Part shown: positions 35,391-45,370 of the stretch, in pieces
Layout: every line of letters begins with the position of its first letter
Position numbering within the stretch: the stretch's first letter is position 1
Assembly (NCBI GenBank): GCA_041690355.1
Contig: JAWLHK010000002.1
Location: 62,001-126,000 of the forward strand
Length of the DNA: 64,000 nt
Direction of reading: 5' to 3'
Source: a bacterium
GTDB lineage: Bacteria; J088; JAWLBW01
The notes under the pieces: generated by a model
Databases searched by the model: none
The model's input: only the letters and a program-made list of their open reading frames with translations
Told to the model about the DNA's origin: nothing
Translations under genes and position numbers: made by a program

Positions 35391-37502
35391 ATGGCTGAAC
35401 TGAGCGCACATCACCGGGCGGAACTTTTCGACCTGCTGGGCGAACCGATGCTCCCCGGGTCCGATGCCGAGCTGCGGGCCGTGCAGGAAAACCGGGTAAC
35501 CCGGCAGGCGCTCGTGCGGGCCCTCATCGAGATCAAAGGCGTGCACGGCGTGCCCGCCGCGGGCGAGTGGGCCGAGGCGCATCTCTTCGATCGCGTTCCG
35601 CTCGACCGGGCGCTCGCGTGGAACTTTCTGCCGCTGGTGGAACTGGACGGATGCGCCTATGGCATCGCTCCCGAGCGCGGCGCTCCGGATGCCGAGGCCC
35701 TCGCCACCGCCGGTCTGCGCCCCATGCCCGTGGGCACGCATCCCGATCTGCCCGCCCTCGTGCGGTCGCTCGACGAGGTGCTGCAGCGCTACCGCGTGGG
35801 GAACCGGAAGTTCGGCGAGTTTCTGGTCGCCGGCGGTTACGTCGACGCCGCCCAGGTCGAGCGGGCCGTCGCCTTCGCGGGTGAACACGGGCTGCGCCTG
35901 GCGGGCGCGCTGGTGCGCCTTCGCTTTCTGTCCGAAGAACTGGCGATCGAGCTGCTCGCGTCGTTTCTCGACCTCCCCTACTACGATGTCGCCCGCATTC
36001 TCGAGCTTGCCGACGCCGAGGTCGTGCGCTGCGTGCCGCGCAGCTTCGCCCGCGCCAACGCGATTCTCGCCCTGCGCCGCGAGGGCGAGGCCGTGCGCGT
36101 GGTCACGAGCCGCCCCGAGAACGTGCAGGTGCTCGACGACGTCGCCAAGGCCGCGCACGCCAGGCACGCCCACCTGGCCGTCGCCGGCGAAGTGGCCCTG
36201 CTGAACCTGCTCGATCTGTTTTACGAGGCTAATCCCGAAGACCGGATGCTCGTCGAGCTCCCCGGCGAGACCCCGGAGGCCGAAGCCCAGCGCGCCGACG
36301 TGCCGCGGCTGGTCGAGTACCTGCTGCTCACGGGGGTGCGGCGGCGGGCGAGCGACATTCACATCGAGTGCTACGACGACCGGGTCGAACTGCGCTACCG
36401 CATCGATGGCGTGCTGCACCCGGCCCCCGACGCGCCGCTCAACCTGCGTAACGTGCGCCCCGTGATCGCCGCCTTCAAGGTGGCGGCCGGCATGGACATC
36501 GCCGAACGCCGCCGCCCGCAGGACGGCGCGATCCGCCGCCGCTACCGCGAGGGGACGGTGGATTTTCGCGTCGCCGCGCAGCCGACCATCCGCGGCGAGA
36601 ATCTGGTGCTGCGCATTCTGAACCAGACGCAGAGCGTGCCCCGGCTTGCCGACCTGGGTTTCCCGTCGGGCACCCTCGATCGCTTCGAGCGCCTCATCCG
36701 CAATCCCCAGGGCCTCATCCTGCTGACCGGGCCCACCGGCTGCGGCAAGACGACCACCCTCTATTCCGTTCTGCAGCAGCTGCGCGGCATGGACGTGAAG
36801 ATCGTCACCGCCGAAGACCCGGTCGAATACGCCATCGACGGCATTCAGCAGAGCCAGGTGCACGACGCCATCGGCAACACCTTCAACCGCTTTCTGCGCG
36901 CCTTTCTGCGCCAGGATCCCGACGTCATCCTGATCGGCGAGATCCGCGATGCCGAGACGGCCGAGATGACGATCCGGGCGGCGCTCACCGGCCACCTGAT
37001 CTTCAGCACGCTGCACGTGAACGAAGCGGTCGGCGTCGTGCGGCGCCTCACCGACCTCGGCCTCGAATCCAACCTGATTTCGCAGACGCTGCTCTGCGTG
37101 GTCAGCCAGCGTCTCGCGCGCCGCAACTGCGCCCGCTGCGCCGCCCCCTACCAGCCCGATGCAGACCTGGTGGGGGAATTCTATCCGGAAGGCCTTCCGG
37201 CCGGCGCCACCTTCCGTAAGGGTACCGGCTGCCCGGCCTGCGACCACACGGGCTACCGCGGCCGGCTCGCGCTCGTTGAGTACTGGGAACCCGACGACGC
37301 CGTGCGCGCCCTGATCGATCGGCGTGCCGAGACCGAAGACCTGCGCGCGCAGGCCCTGGCCTCGGGCATGCACGTCCTCTTCGGCGATGCGCTTGAAAAG
37401 GCCGAAGCGGGGCTCACGACGCTCGAAGAGCTGGCCGCGGTCGTGCCGTTCGAGCAGATCGTCCGCTACCGCCGCGCCGTCCGTTTCCCGACACCGGCAT
37501 AA
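35391..37502 (+). CDS. GspE/PilB-family secretion/pilus assembly ATPase with an MshEN-like domain
   Basis: ASDIHIE, MDIAERRRPQDG, GPTGCGKTT, LRQDPDVILIGEIRD, tetra-Cys CARC/CPAC, GYRGR. Confidence 0.92.
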   Translation: MAELSAHHRAELFDLLGEPMLPGSDAELRAVQENRVTRQALVRALIEIKGVHGVPAAGEWAEAHLFDRVPLDRALAWNFLPLVELDGCAYGIAPERGAPDAEALATAGLRPMPVGTHPDLPALVRSLDEVLQRYRVGNRKFGEFLVAGGYVDAAQVERAVAFAGEHGLRLAGALVRLRFLSEELAIELLASFLDLPYYDVARILELADAEVVRCVPRSFARANAILALRREGEAVRVVTSRPENVQVLDDVAKAAHARHAHLAVAGEVALLNLLDLFYEANPEDRMLVELPGETPEAEAQRADVPRLVEYLLLTGVRRRASDIHIECYDDRVELRYRIDGVLHPAPDAPLNLRNVRPVIAAFKVAAGMDIAERRRPQDGAIRRRYREGTVDFRVAAQPTIRGENLVLRILNQTQSVPRLADLGFPSGTLDRFERLIRNPQGLILLTGPTGCGKTTTLYSVLQQLRGMDVKIVTAEDPVEYAIDGIQQSQVHDAIGNTFNRFLRAFLRQDPDVILIGEIRDAETAEMTIRAALTGHLIFSTLHVNEAVGVVRRLTDLGLESNLISQTLLCVVSQRLARRNCARCAAPYQPDADLVGEFYPEGLPAGATFRKGTGCPACDHTGYRGRLALVEYWEPDDAVRALIDRRAETEDLRAQALASGMHVLFGDALEKAEAGLTTLEELAAVVPFEQIVRYRRAVRFPTPA

Positions 37503-37582
37503 GGCGCATCGGGCATTGCCCGCTGCCCCTGCGACGCGTTAGAATACAGGCGCCCTGTTTTCCCTTTTCCTGTGAGTCGCCT

Positions 37583-38788
37583 ATGACCCGTTCGCAACTC
37601 GCACGCCTGGCGTGTGCCCTGACGCTGTTCGCCGCCTGCGACAACGCCGAAACTCCGGAATCCCGGCTGAAGAGCGGTCCTGACACGCCCACCGAAATCC
37701 GGCTGAGCTGGAACGACGATCCATCGACGACCGCCGCCGTCATCTGGCGCACCGAGAACGAGGTGCAGGCTGCCGGCGTGGAGTACGGAACGTCGTCTGC
37801 CTACGGGAACTTCGTTGCGGCCGAAAACTTCGAAATCAATGGCATTTCGGGTTTTTTCCACGAGGCGAAGCTGACCGGACTTGCCCCGGCCTCGCTCGTT
37901 CATTACCGGGTCGGCAGCAAGAGCGGCGTGAGCGAAGATCGCACCCTGCAGACCGGCCCCGCCCCCAGCGAAGACATGCCGTTCTCGTTCATTCTCATGG
38001 GCGACTCGCGCGCCGAGAGCGACATGTTGGGCATCGGCGCCCGCTATCCGGAGGTGCTTGCTCGCATCGCCGCCGAGAATCCGCTCCCCTCGTTCATTCT
38101 CGACTCGGGCGACTACACGAGCTTCGGCCAGTCTGAAGAGTGGGTGGACTGGCTGGCCGCCGTGCACGCGAGCGGGCTGGCGATCCCGCGGCTGACGACC
38201 TTCGGCAATCACGAGATAATCGAGAAGAACTACTACGGGCTCATGAGCCTGCCGCCGGAGAACGAGGAGAAGTTCTATGCCCTCGATTACGGACCGCTGC
38301 TCATCATCTGCCTGAACACGGGCTTCGGCGGGCTGCCCGCGGGGCAGCAGGCGTTTCTGCAGGAGACCCTGTCGAAGAGCACGGCGAAGTGGAAGCTCGC
38401 CTTCTTTCACATGCCGCCTTACAACGCCGGCAATCACTCCGACAGCGAGACGCGGTATGACGTGCGCGAACAGTGGGTTCCGCTGTTCGAGAAGTACGGC
38501 GTCGATCTGGTCGTCGGCGGTCACGACCACAACTACCAGCGTTTCGGATACCTCAAGGGCGGCAAGAAGGTGGCGGCCGGCGAAGGGCCGTTCTACCTGA
38601 TTTCCGGTGGCGCGGGCGCTCCGCTCTACGGGCCCGACGAGGCGAGCGAAGACCATCCGCTTCTCGATCCCGACGGGTTCCAGAAGCTCGAGCACTACGT
38701 GATGGCGACGCTCGACGGCAATACGCTCACGCTGCAGGCGAAGCGCCTCGACGGCACGGTGTTCGACACCGTCACCCTGACGAAGTAG
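37583..38788 (+). CDS. Purple acid phosphatase-like lipoprotein
   Basis: Lipobox FAAC; FN3-like domain; MGDSR, SGD, GNHE, HMPPY, GHDHNYQR, GGAGAPLY. Confidence 0.9.
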   Translation: MTRSQLARLACALTLFAACDNAETPESRLKSGPDTPTEIRLSWNDDPSTTAAVIWRTENEVQAAGVEYGTSSAYGNFVAAENFEINGISGFFHEAKLTGLAPASLVHYRVGSKSGVSEDRTLQTGPAPSEDMPFSFILMGDSRAESDMLGIGARYPEVLARIAAENPLPSFILDSGDYTSFGQSEEWVDWLAAVHASGLAIPRLTTFGNHEIIEKNYYGLMSLPPENEEKFYALDYGPLLIICLNTGFGGLPAGQQAFLQETLSKSTAKWKLAFFHMPPYNAGNHSDSETRYDVREQWVPLFEKYGVDLVVGGHDHNYQRFGYLKGGKKVAAGEGPFYLISGGAGAPLYGPDEASEDHPLLDPDGFQKLEHYVMATLDGNTLTLQAKRLDGTVFDTVTLTK

Positions 38789-38792
38789 GCGT

Positions 38793-39149
38793 CTACTCGG
38801 CGACGGCCGGCTTCGCGCCGCCGCGACCGCCGTGCTTGAGCGGAATCTGCAGGCGCTCGACGACGCGCCCGCCGACCAGGTGCTCGCGCACGATCTCGCG
38901 TGCGTCGTCGGGCGTGGGCACCCGGTACCAGATGCCTTCGGGGTAGATCACGACCACGGGCCCGTACTTGCAGACGTCCAGGCAGCCTGCCTTGTTGGCG
39001 CGGGAGATCTTCTTGAGCCCGTGGCGCTTGAGCTCTTCCTTGAATACCTCGCGGATTTCCGTGCCGCCCCGGGCGCCGCAGCTCCCGCGCGGATCCGAAG
39101 GGTCGCGTACGTTCTCACAGACGAAGACGTGGTATTGCAGGTCGGCCAT
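38793..39149 (-). CDS. Thioredoxin-like [2Fe-2S] ferredoxin
   Basis: HVFVC.N.R...SC...AGCLDVC.YGP.VVIYPEGIWY...EH. Confidence 0.93.
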   Translation of the reverse strand: MADLQYHVFVCENVRDPSDPRGSCGARGGTEIREVFKEELKRHGLKKISRANKAGCLDVCKYGPVVVIYPEGIWYRVPTPDDAREIVREHLVGGRVVERLQIPLKHGGRGGAKPAVAE

Positions 39150-39346
39150 GGTGCTTATGGTACCAGCTCTCTATCCCTGGTGATTGGGCATTGGCCATCG
39201 GCCATTGGGTATTTCAACGGTGGATGCAACCCCCCCCCGCGGCTGCCCCCCTCCCGGGGATTCCGCCATGTGCGGCACTGTGCTGCAATGGACGTGGAGT
39301 GACCGTGACTGGTCCCGCACATTGTCTACCCTGAGAGGATGAAGCC

Positions 39347-39547
39347 ATGAAGAAGCTGATGATGACGCTGGCCGCCGGGGCGTTTCTGATGACCGCCGCC
39401 TGCGAACGCCAGCAGGGAGCCCAGGAACAGCAGGGCATGGAGCAGCAGGAGCCCATGCAGCAGGAACCGATGCTGCCCGAAGAGCAGCAGGCGCAGCCGT
39501 TGGAGGAGCAGAGCCCCGAACAGCAGGCTGCTCCCGAAGGGCAGTAA
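39347..39547 (+). CDS. Small Gln/Glu-rich lipoprotein
   Basis: RBS GAGAGGA; MKK + hydrophobic stretch + TAAC lipobox; QQE(P) repeats. Confidence 0.75.
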   Translation: MKKLMMTLAAGAFLMTAACERQQGAQEQQGMEQQEPMQQEPMLPEEQQAQPLEEQSPEQQAAPEGQ

Positions 39548-39581
39548 GGCCGCTTCGCAATCTGCGCAGGCTGGGAACTAT

Positions 39582-39641
39582 GGGGCCCGCCCGGTTCTGC
39601 CCCCTTCGTGGGCGGCGGATCGGCATGCGGGCCCCCTTTTT
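39582..39641 (+). terminator. Rho-independent terminator
   Basis: GGGGCCCGC...GCGGGCCCC stem followed by a T run. Confidence 0.6.
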
Positions 39642-39727
39642 ACGCCCACTGCCCGCAAAGCCTGCTAGGATCTAGGGAAGGGGACCGCCCGCTCGACCGG
39701 CGGTCACCCGCAACCCGAGGAGATTGC

Positions 39728-40216
39728 ATGGCCGACGCGGATACCATCGAAGGGCGCACGCTCCCGTCCCTGACCCTTCGCGCAACCGACGGCAGCGAGG
39801 TGCGGATCCCCGACGCCTTTCGGGGCGCCTGGACGGTGATCTACACCTATCCGAAAGACGACACGCCCGGCTGCACGAAAGAGGCCTGCTCCTTCCGCGA
39901 CAACAAGGCCGAGTTCGAGAAGATCGGTGTGCGCATCTACGGCGTGAGCCTCGACGACGTCGCGTCGCACCAGGCCTTCGCCGAGAAGTTCCACCTGAAC
40001 TTCCCGCTCCTTGCGGATACGGATCATCAGCTTTCCGACGCGCTCGGCTCCTACGGCGAGCAGGAGTTCCGCGGCATGAAATACAAGGGGCTCTCGCGCG
40101 ACACGTTCCTCATCGATCCCGAGGGGCGCATCCGGCGCGTGTGGCGCAAGGTCGATCCGGTCACGACCATGGGAGAAGTCTATGAAGAAGCCGTTCGGCA
40201 GCAGAATGCCGGCTGA
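39728..40216 (+). CDS. bcp: Peroxiredoxin BCP/PrxQ
   Basis: YPKDDTPGCTKEACSFRD, GVSLD, LNFPLLAD, R.TFLIDPEG. Confidence 0.93.
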   Translation: MADADTIEGRTLPSLTLRATDGSEVRIPDAFRGAWTVIYTYPKDDTPGCTKEACSFRDNKAEFEKIGVRIYGVSLDDVASHQAFAEKFHLNFPLLADTDHQLSDALGSYGEQEFRGMKYKGLSRDTFLIDPEGRIRRVWRKVDPVTTMGEVYEEAVRQQNAG

Positions 40217-41057
40217 TCTGGGTACTGCGTTTCTTGTGCTTGGCCTCCTTCTGCTCCCCGCGACGGCGGGCGCGCAGGGGATCGCTGAAGGCGCCGCTCC
40301 GGACGCGGCTGCGGATACCGCCCCTGCCGCAGAGGCGCCGGCTCCCGAGGTGCGAATGGGCACGCTGCTCATCCGCGCCGAGATCCCCGAGGCCGAAGTC
40401 TTCGTGAACGGCGAACGGGTCGGGCGGACGCCGGTCGAAGTCACGGTGCCGCTGGGGGAACACCGGATCGAGGTGCGCGGCGACGGCCTGCGCGGCGAGC
40501 GCGTGGTGTCGCTGCGCTCAAGCCGGCGGGAGGTGAGCGTCCCCTTCGGCTCGCTTGCCTACCCGATCGGCATCGGGGTCGACGGCGCCCTCGGCTTCCG
40601 CGGCGATTCGGCCCTGACGCATTACGGGCTGTCGCTTTCCTACCACCTGTTGCAGCAGGAGCTCGGCGTCGTCATCGACCGGTTCTCGATTCAGGGGGAT
40701 CCGAACGACCTTCAGTTCCGCGGCTGGATGGCCCGCTTCGAATACACCTGGGTCCCCTGGCGCAACCGGGCGGGCAACGTGTTCGTCGAGCCGCTCAAGC
40801 CGCGCGCCCGCCTGAACGTGGCCCGCAGCACCGAACTTTCCGTCTCGCTTCCGGGCGGAACCCGGGCCGAGGATACCATCGCGGCGCTCGGCGCGGGGCT
40901 TGCCCTCGGGGCCGAAGTGCGCGGCGACCACTTCGGCATTGAACCGAGCCTCTACTACGACGTCTACTTCCAGCGTTCACTCACCGTCGGTCCCACCCAG
41001 CTGCGCCCGCCGCTGGACAACGGGGGGCTGAACCTGCGCGCGAAGGTGTATTTCTAG
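40206..41057 (+). CDS. PEGA-domain outer membrane protein
   Basis: Signal peptide; AEVFVNGERVGRTP...GEHRIEV (PEGA); beta-barrel-like C-terminus ending in F. Confidence 0.75.
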   Translation: MPADLGTAFLVLGLLLLPATAGAQGIAEGAAPDAAADTAPAAEAPAPEVRMGTLLIRAEIPEAEVFVNGERVGRTPVEVTVPLGEHRIEVRGDGLRGERVVSLRSSRREVSVPFGSLAYPIGIGVDGALGFRGDSALTHYGLSLSYHLLQQELGVVIDRFSIQGDPNDLQFRGWMARFEYTWVPWRNRAGNVFVEPLKPRARLNVARSTELSVSLPGGTRAEDTIAALGAGLALGAEVRGDHFGIEPSLYYDVYFQRSLTVGPTQLRPPLDNGGLNLRAKVYF

Positions 41058-41360
41058 GGCGAAGCGCCCGATTTCCGGCGACCAACAGCGCTGCGCGAAT
41101 GCCTGGTGCCCGATGGTCAACGAAGCAAGAACTATTCGCAGCGTTCCGGCAAATCGGCAATTGCCGACCGTCGTACTTCTTCAATGACGGTCAGCGTTGG
41201 CGGATTTGAGGGCCTGAGTGCATCTCACTACGGCCTGGCCCAGGTGACCCTCGAGTGCAGCCGGGCGGGTCTTGCGCAGCTTCGGTATCAAGCCCAAGGA
41301 CGTGAAGGAGATACGGAGGGCAACCTTACCATCTGGGCGATCGCAAAGATCGGCGCTTGG

Positions 41361-42980
41361 CTAGACGTACTCTTTTCTCAATGGAGTTTCCGGTTCTGAA
41401 ATCGCGTGCAGGCATTCCCGGATCATCTCTGTGGTTCGTTGTTCGGGTCCGTCATGCATGATGACGCGATCGGGCCGCGTCACTACGATCCAGCCCTCTG
41501 GTATTCCGTTTGAAAGGGCGTCGGTAACGTCTTCTGCAAAGGGAACGGAATCGACGACAGCCTGTCCGCGCTTGCCGATCATCAGAAAGCGGCCTCCGCG
41601 ATCCTCCCACTCTTTCTTGAGTTTGCGGTCGAGGCAGGCAGTTGGGTCGACCCCGAATCCGATCACCACGAGAGAATCGCCCAAGAGGTCGTCGCTCAGT
41701 CGGATGCTTCCATCGTGCCGGACAAGCGTCTGGGAAAGCTGTCCGCCACGCACCACCTTGACGGGCGACTTGCCGAGAACGAAACATCCGCGACGGAAAA
41801 GATTCCTGGGCTTGATTTCCAGCTCCTCGATGAGTCTGCGCAGAAATGGAAGCGCGCCCGCCACCCTCACCGCTCCGTGGATGGCCAGGGCCGCGGGCCT
41901 GCTGCGCGGCATGACGATACGCCCCATTACCTTGGCGAGCTCGATCATCTTGTGCGCATGCGGCCGACGTTCTTCGTCGTAACTTGCCAACAACGCCTCA
42001 CCTGCGCGGTTTTGCACGACGAAGGCAAGCTTCCATCCCAGATTGGCGATGTCGCGCAGTCCGGCGACCAAGCCTTGGCCGACAAACGGCGGCGTTATGT
42101 GAGCCGCATCTCCCGCGAGAAAGACACGGCCGAGTTGAAAACTGGCGCAAACCCGGGCGTGAAAACGGTAGACGGCATGCCGCTCGATAGTCAGCTCAGC
42201 GGCGTCGACCCAGCGTGAAAGGAGCGAAGCAAGTTTCTCCGGCCGCTCCATTTCGTCGGGCTTCTCGCCTGGTTGGAGCATGAACTCCCAGCGTTCGCGC
42301 CCCCCAGGTGCGGGCATGTGCGGCGCAGGCCGGGAGGGATCGCAGAGAAACTCCACGTGATCGATGGCTTTCGACTCCCGGCCAATCGCGTCGACGATAA
42401 GCCAGTCCTCGGAATAGGTTTGCCCGTCGAAGTCTTGACCGATCAGGCTCCTTACGGCGGACTTTGCACCGTCGGCGCCGACCAGATACAGTGCCCGAAT
42501 TTCGTGTTGGATGCCGGCCTCGTCCTTCACTACGGCGGTAACTTCGTTTACGGATTGCTTGAGATCAATCAGTTCAAAACCGGTACACGCGGTTACACTT
42601 GGGAGCCGTTCGACTTGCTTGCGTAGCGCGTTTTCGAGTTCGGGCTGGTAAAACGTCACGAGCTTCGGATGGCAATCGATGCTGCCCCCTGTGTTGGCTT
42701 GCCCGAACTGTCCCAGATAGGGGGAATGCATGCGGATGTACGGTATCGCGACGCGTGCGAAGGAATCGTCGGTGAGACCGATCATTTGCAGAGTACGTAA
42801 GGCCTCGTTGTCGAGGGCGATCGCGCGTGGTGCTGTCCAGACCTCCTTCGATCTGTCGATGACGAGAGTCCGTATACCGAAGCGCCCCAACGAGACGGCG
42901 AGGGCGGCTCCGACGGGACCATATCCCACAATCAAAACGTCGGTTTCCGGGGGGAGCGACTGGTTGTTTTCGTTCTTCAT
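41361..42980 (-). CDS. FAD-dependent aromatic monooxygenase (MhpA-like)
   Basis: GYGPVG, PRA, YQPELE, VGADGAKS, LAGDAAHITPPFVGQG, RD..NLGWKL, RPDR. Confidence 0.92.
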   Translation of the reverse strand: MKNENNQSLPPETDVLIVGYGPVGAALAVSLGRFGIRTLVIDRSKEVWTAPRAIALDNEALRTLQMIGLTDDSFARVAIPYIRMHSPYLGQFGQANTGGSIDCHPKLVTFYQPELENALRKQVERLPSVTACTGFELIDLKQSVNEVTAVVKDEAGIQHEIRALYLVGADGAKSAVRSLIGQDFDGQTYSEDWLIVDAIGRESKAIDHVEFLCDPSRPAPHMPAPGGRERWEFMLQPGEKPDEMERPEKLASLLSRWVDAAELTIERHAVYRFHARVCASFQLGRVFLAGDAAHITPPFVGQGLVAGLRDIANLGWKLAFVVQNRAGEALLASYDEERRPHAHKMIELAKVMGRIVMPRSRPAALAIHGAVRVAGALPFLRRLIEELEIKPRNLFRRGCFVLGKSPVKVVRGGQLSQTLVRHDGSIRLSDDLLGDSLVVIGFGVDPTACLDRKLKKEWEDRGGRFLMIGKRGQAVVDSVPFAEDVTDALSNGIPEGWIVVTRPDRVIMHDGPEQRTTEMIRECLHAISEPETPLRKEYV

Positions 42981-43016
42981 TGCGTGCCCATAGGTTAGCG
43001 TGTGAAGGCCATTCAT

Positions 43017-43075
43017 GTTGTACCCAAAAATGAGAAATGAGTCAATATTGACGCCTGCGCCAAAAATGGTATGAT
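43017..43075. promoter_or_regulatory. Back-to-back sigma70 promoters sharing a palindromic -35 (candidate TetR operator)
   Basis: GTCAATATTGAC at 43041-43052; plus strand TTGACG-16-TATGAT; minus strand TTGACT-17-TACAAC. Confidence 0.65.
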
Positions 43076-43126
43076 CCGTGTATGCGAGGCCGTGAAGTAT
43101 TCCAGTCCACTCCGAGGAGGTTGAAC

Positions 43127-44200
43127 ATGCCTGAGCTCGCCACGCCGCAACCGTCGCGCCACCCGATGCCCACCGTACGAGCGCAAAAGCTTGCCTACCT
43201 CTTGTTTGAGCGCCCCGATCTGGACAAGGCCGAACGATTCTTAAGAGACTTTGGTTTGCAAACCGCTCGCAGCAGCCCTGACGTGCTTTACATGCGCGGC
43301 ACTGGCATCGAACCCTTTTGTTATCAGGTAACCAAAGCGGGAAAAGAGCGGTTTGCCGGTCTTGGTCTGGCCGTTGCGAACCGCGATGACCTGGTCAAGC
43401 TCGCCGCTCTCCCTGGTGCATCGCGAGTCATTGCGCTCACCGCCCCCGGCGGCGGTGAATGTGTGCGGCTTACCGACCCTTCAGGCTTCACGGTGGAAGC
43501 CGTTTACGGACAGACCCCTTCCGAACCGCTTCCTCGTCGAAGCACTCTGGCGCTCAACTTCGACGAAAAGCATCCGAGGGTCAACCAAGGCCAGCGACCT
43601 CCCGTCAGTGCGCCGGAGGTGGTGCGCCTCGGCCACATGGTCATTGAGGTGGCCGATTTTCAACGCACGTGCGCCTGGTACACCCGGCACTTCGGATTGA
43701 TCCCCAGCGACGTCCTGGTGCTCTCCGATGGCTCTCCGGCGGTCGTATTCCTGCGACTTGATCTGGGCGACACACCCACCGATCACCACACGCTTGCCAT
43801 CGCGCAAGGGTTCATGCCGGCGTACAGCCATAGTGCCTACGAACTGGTCGATGCCGACGCGGTCGGCATGGGGCAAAGGATCATGCGGGAAGGAGGCTGG
43901 AGCCATGCCTGGGGAATCGGGCGGCATATTCTCGGGAGTCAGATCTTCGACTACTGGAAGGATCCCTGGGGAGCCAAGCACGAACACTATTGCGACGGCG
44001 ACGTGTTCACCGCCGACATTCCTCTGGGGGTACACGCCGTCAGCCGCGAAGGCATGTCGCAGTGGGGAGAAGAGATGCCGCCAGGCTTCACGAAGCCGAA
44101 GATCGATTTCGCGGCCGCAAAAGCCCTCGTCCACAACCTGCGGCATAGTCCCGACCTCTCCATTCGCAAACTTCTTGAACTCGCACGTCTTTACGCATAA
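43127..44200 (+). CDS. VOC-fold extradiol ring-cleavage dioxygenase (2,4,5-trihydroxytoluene oxygenase/DntD-like)
   Basis: Two VOC domains; RLGHMV, DHH, HSAYE, WGIGRHILGSQIFDYWKDPWG..HEHY.DGD; RBS GAGGAGG. Confidence 0.82.
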   Translation: MPELATPQPSRHPMPTVRAQKLAYLLFERPDLDKAERFLRDFGLQTARSSPDVLYMRGTGIEPFCYQVTKAGKERFAGLGLAVANRDDLVKLAALPGASRVIALTAPGGGECVRLTDPSGFTVEAVYGQTPSEPLPRRSTLALNFDEKHPRVNQGQRPPVSAPEVVRLGHMVIEVADFQRTCAWYTRHFGLIPSDVLVLSDGSPAVVFLRLDLGDTPTDHHTLAIAQGFMPAYSHSAYELVDADAVGMGQRIMREGGWSHAWGIGRHILGSQIFDYWKDPWGAKHEHYCDGDVFTADIPLGVHAVSREGMSQWGEEMPPGFTKPKIDFAAAKALVHNLRHSPDLSIRKLLELARLYA

Positions 44201-44209
44201 GGGATACCC

Positions 44210-45169
44210 ATGGCGCTTCATCTTGTTCGTTTTCAATCCGATGACCAGATCAGCTGGGGCCTTCTCGACGGCGGAGAAGTCGTTCCCCTGAACCTTCCGT
44301 GCACGACGACCGGCGCCCTCGTGGAACGGACGTACGTAGAAATCGAGGCGTCAATCGATACGGGAGGTCGGCGCTACGACGCGAGCAGGCTCACATTCTT
44401 GTCACCCATCACCACGCCGACCAAGGTCTTGTGCCAGGGGGCGAACTACCGTCAGCACATGCTCGATTCGGGAGTCGATCCCGACACAAAGAGCTTTAAT
44501 ATGTTCTTCACGAAGTCGGCGGCCTCCATCACTGCGCCCATAGGGAACATCGTCAAACCGCGCCACGTTGCGCTGCTCGATTACGAAATCGAGCTTACAC
44601 TCGTCCTTGCGAAACAGACCCGCGGGCCCGTCCACATCGATGACGGAAACCTGCACGAGTACGTTGCCGGGGTATGCATCGGCAATGACGTTTCGGCCCG
44701 CGACGTCCAGATTCCACAGATGCAATTCCACAAGGGGAAGAGCTACCGCACGTTTTGTCCGCTCGGGCCCGTACTTTGTTTGCTGAAAGCCGACGAAATG
44801 CACTACTTGAACGATCTTCAACTCACGCTTCGCGTCAACGGCGACGTACGCCAGAACGACACGACGGCAAATCTGGTCTTCAAGCCAGCCGAGACCCTCG
44901 CCGAGTACTCGCTGATTCACGATTTCGAGCCGGGCGACGTGCTGATGACGGGAACGCCGTCAGGGTGCGCGTTGGGGCTTCCGTCGCCGGCGCTCGTCAA
45001 GTTGAGTGCGCTCCTTCCCGAAGCGAAAAAGTGGGACATGTTTCTGAAATCGCAAAGCCGGCGACGCCAATACTTGAAAGCAGGAGATCAGATCGAGAGC
45101 ACGATCATCAGCCGTGATCAAAAGATAAACCTCGGCCGACAAGTCCACACGGTCGTCGCAGAGGCCTGA
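44210..45169 (+). CDS. Fumarylacetoacetate hydrolase family protein
   Basis: GANY..H, FFTK, LDYEIEL, NDVSARD, GKS, PLGP, GDVLMTGTPSG. Confidence 0.93.
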   Translation: MALHLVRFQSDDQISWGLLDGGEVVPLNLPCTTTGALVERTYVEIEASIDTGGRRYDASRLTFLSPITTPTKVLCQGANYRQHMLDSGVDPDTKSFNMFFTKSAASITAPIGNIVKPRHVALLDYEIELTLVLAKQTRGPVHIDDGNLHEYVAGVCIGNDVSARDVQIPQMQFHKGKSYRTFCPLGPVLCLLKADEMHYLNDLQLTLRVNGDVRQNDTTANLVFKPAETLAEYSLIHDFEPGDVLMTGTPSGCALGLPSPALVKLSALLPEAKKWDMFLKSQSRRRQYLKAGDQIESTIISRDQKINLGRQVHTVVAEA

Positions 45170-45370
45170 ACAGGTGTTCCGAAGCTCTTTTCCACTCCGC
45201 TGCAATTACCGGTCAACGGGCAGTGCCTTGATTGTCCTGGAGCACGCCCTTTGCGGAAACACCGATTACCGACGCGCGACTTGCAGGTCGCTTTGTGTTT
45301 CTGCGGGCAGAGCCTGCCGGAATTCGTTGAGCAGGTTGACCGTGGGCAAAACGTGGTGGCACTCTTACTT

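Noticed and set aside
41106-41399. 97-aa ORF at the left edge of the islet
   Set aside because: No RBS or motif, atypical codon usage and overlap with the monooxygenase end; it may be a remnant but cannot be supported.
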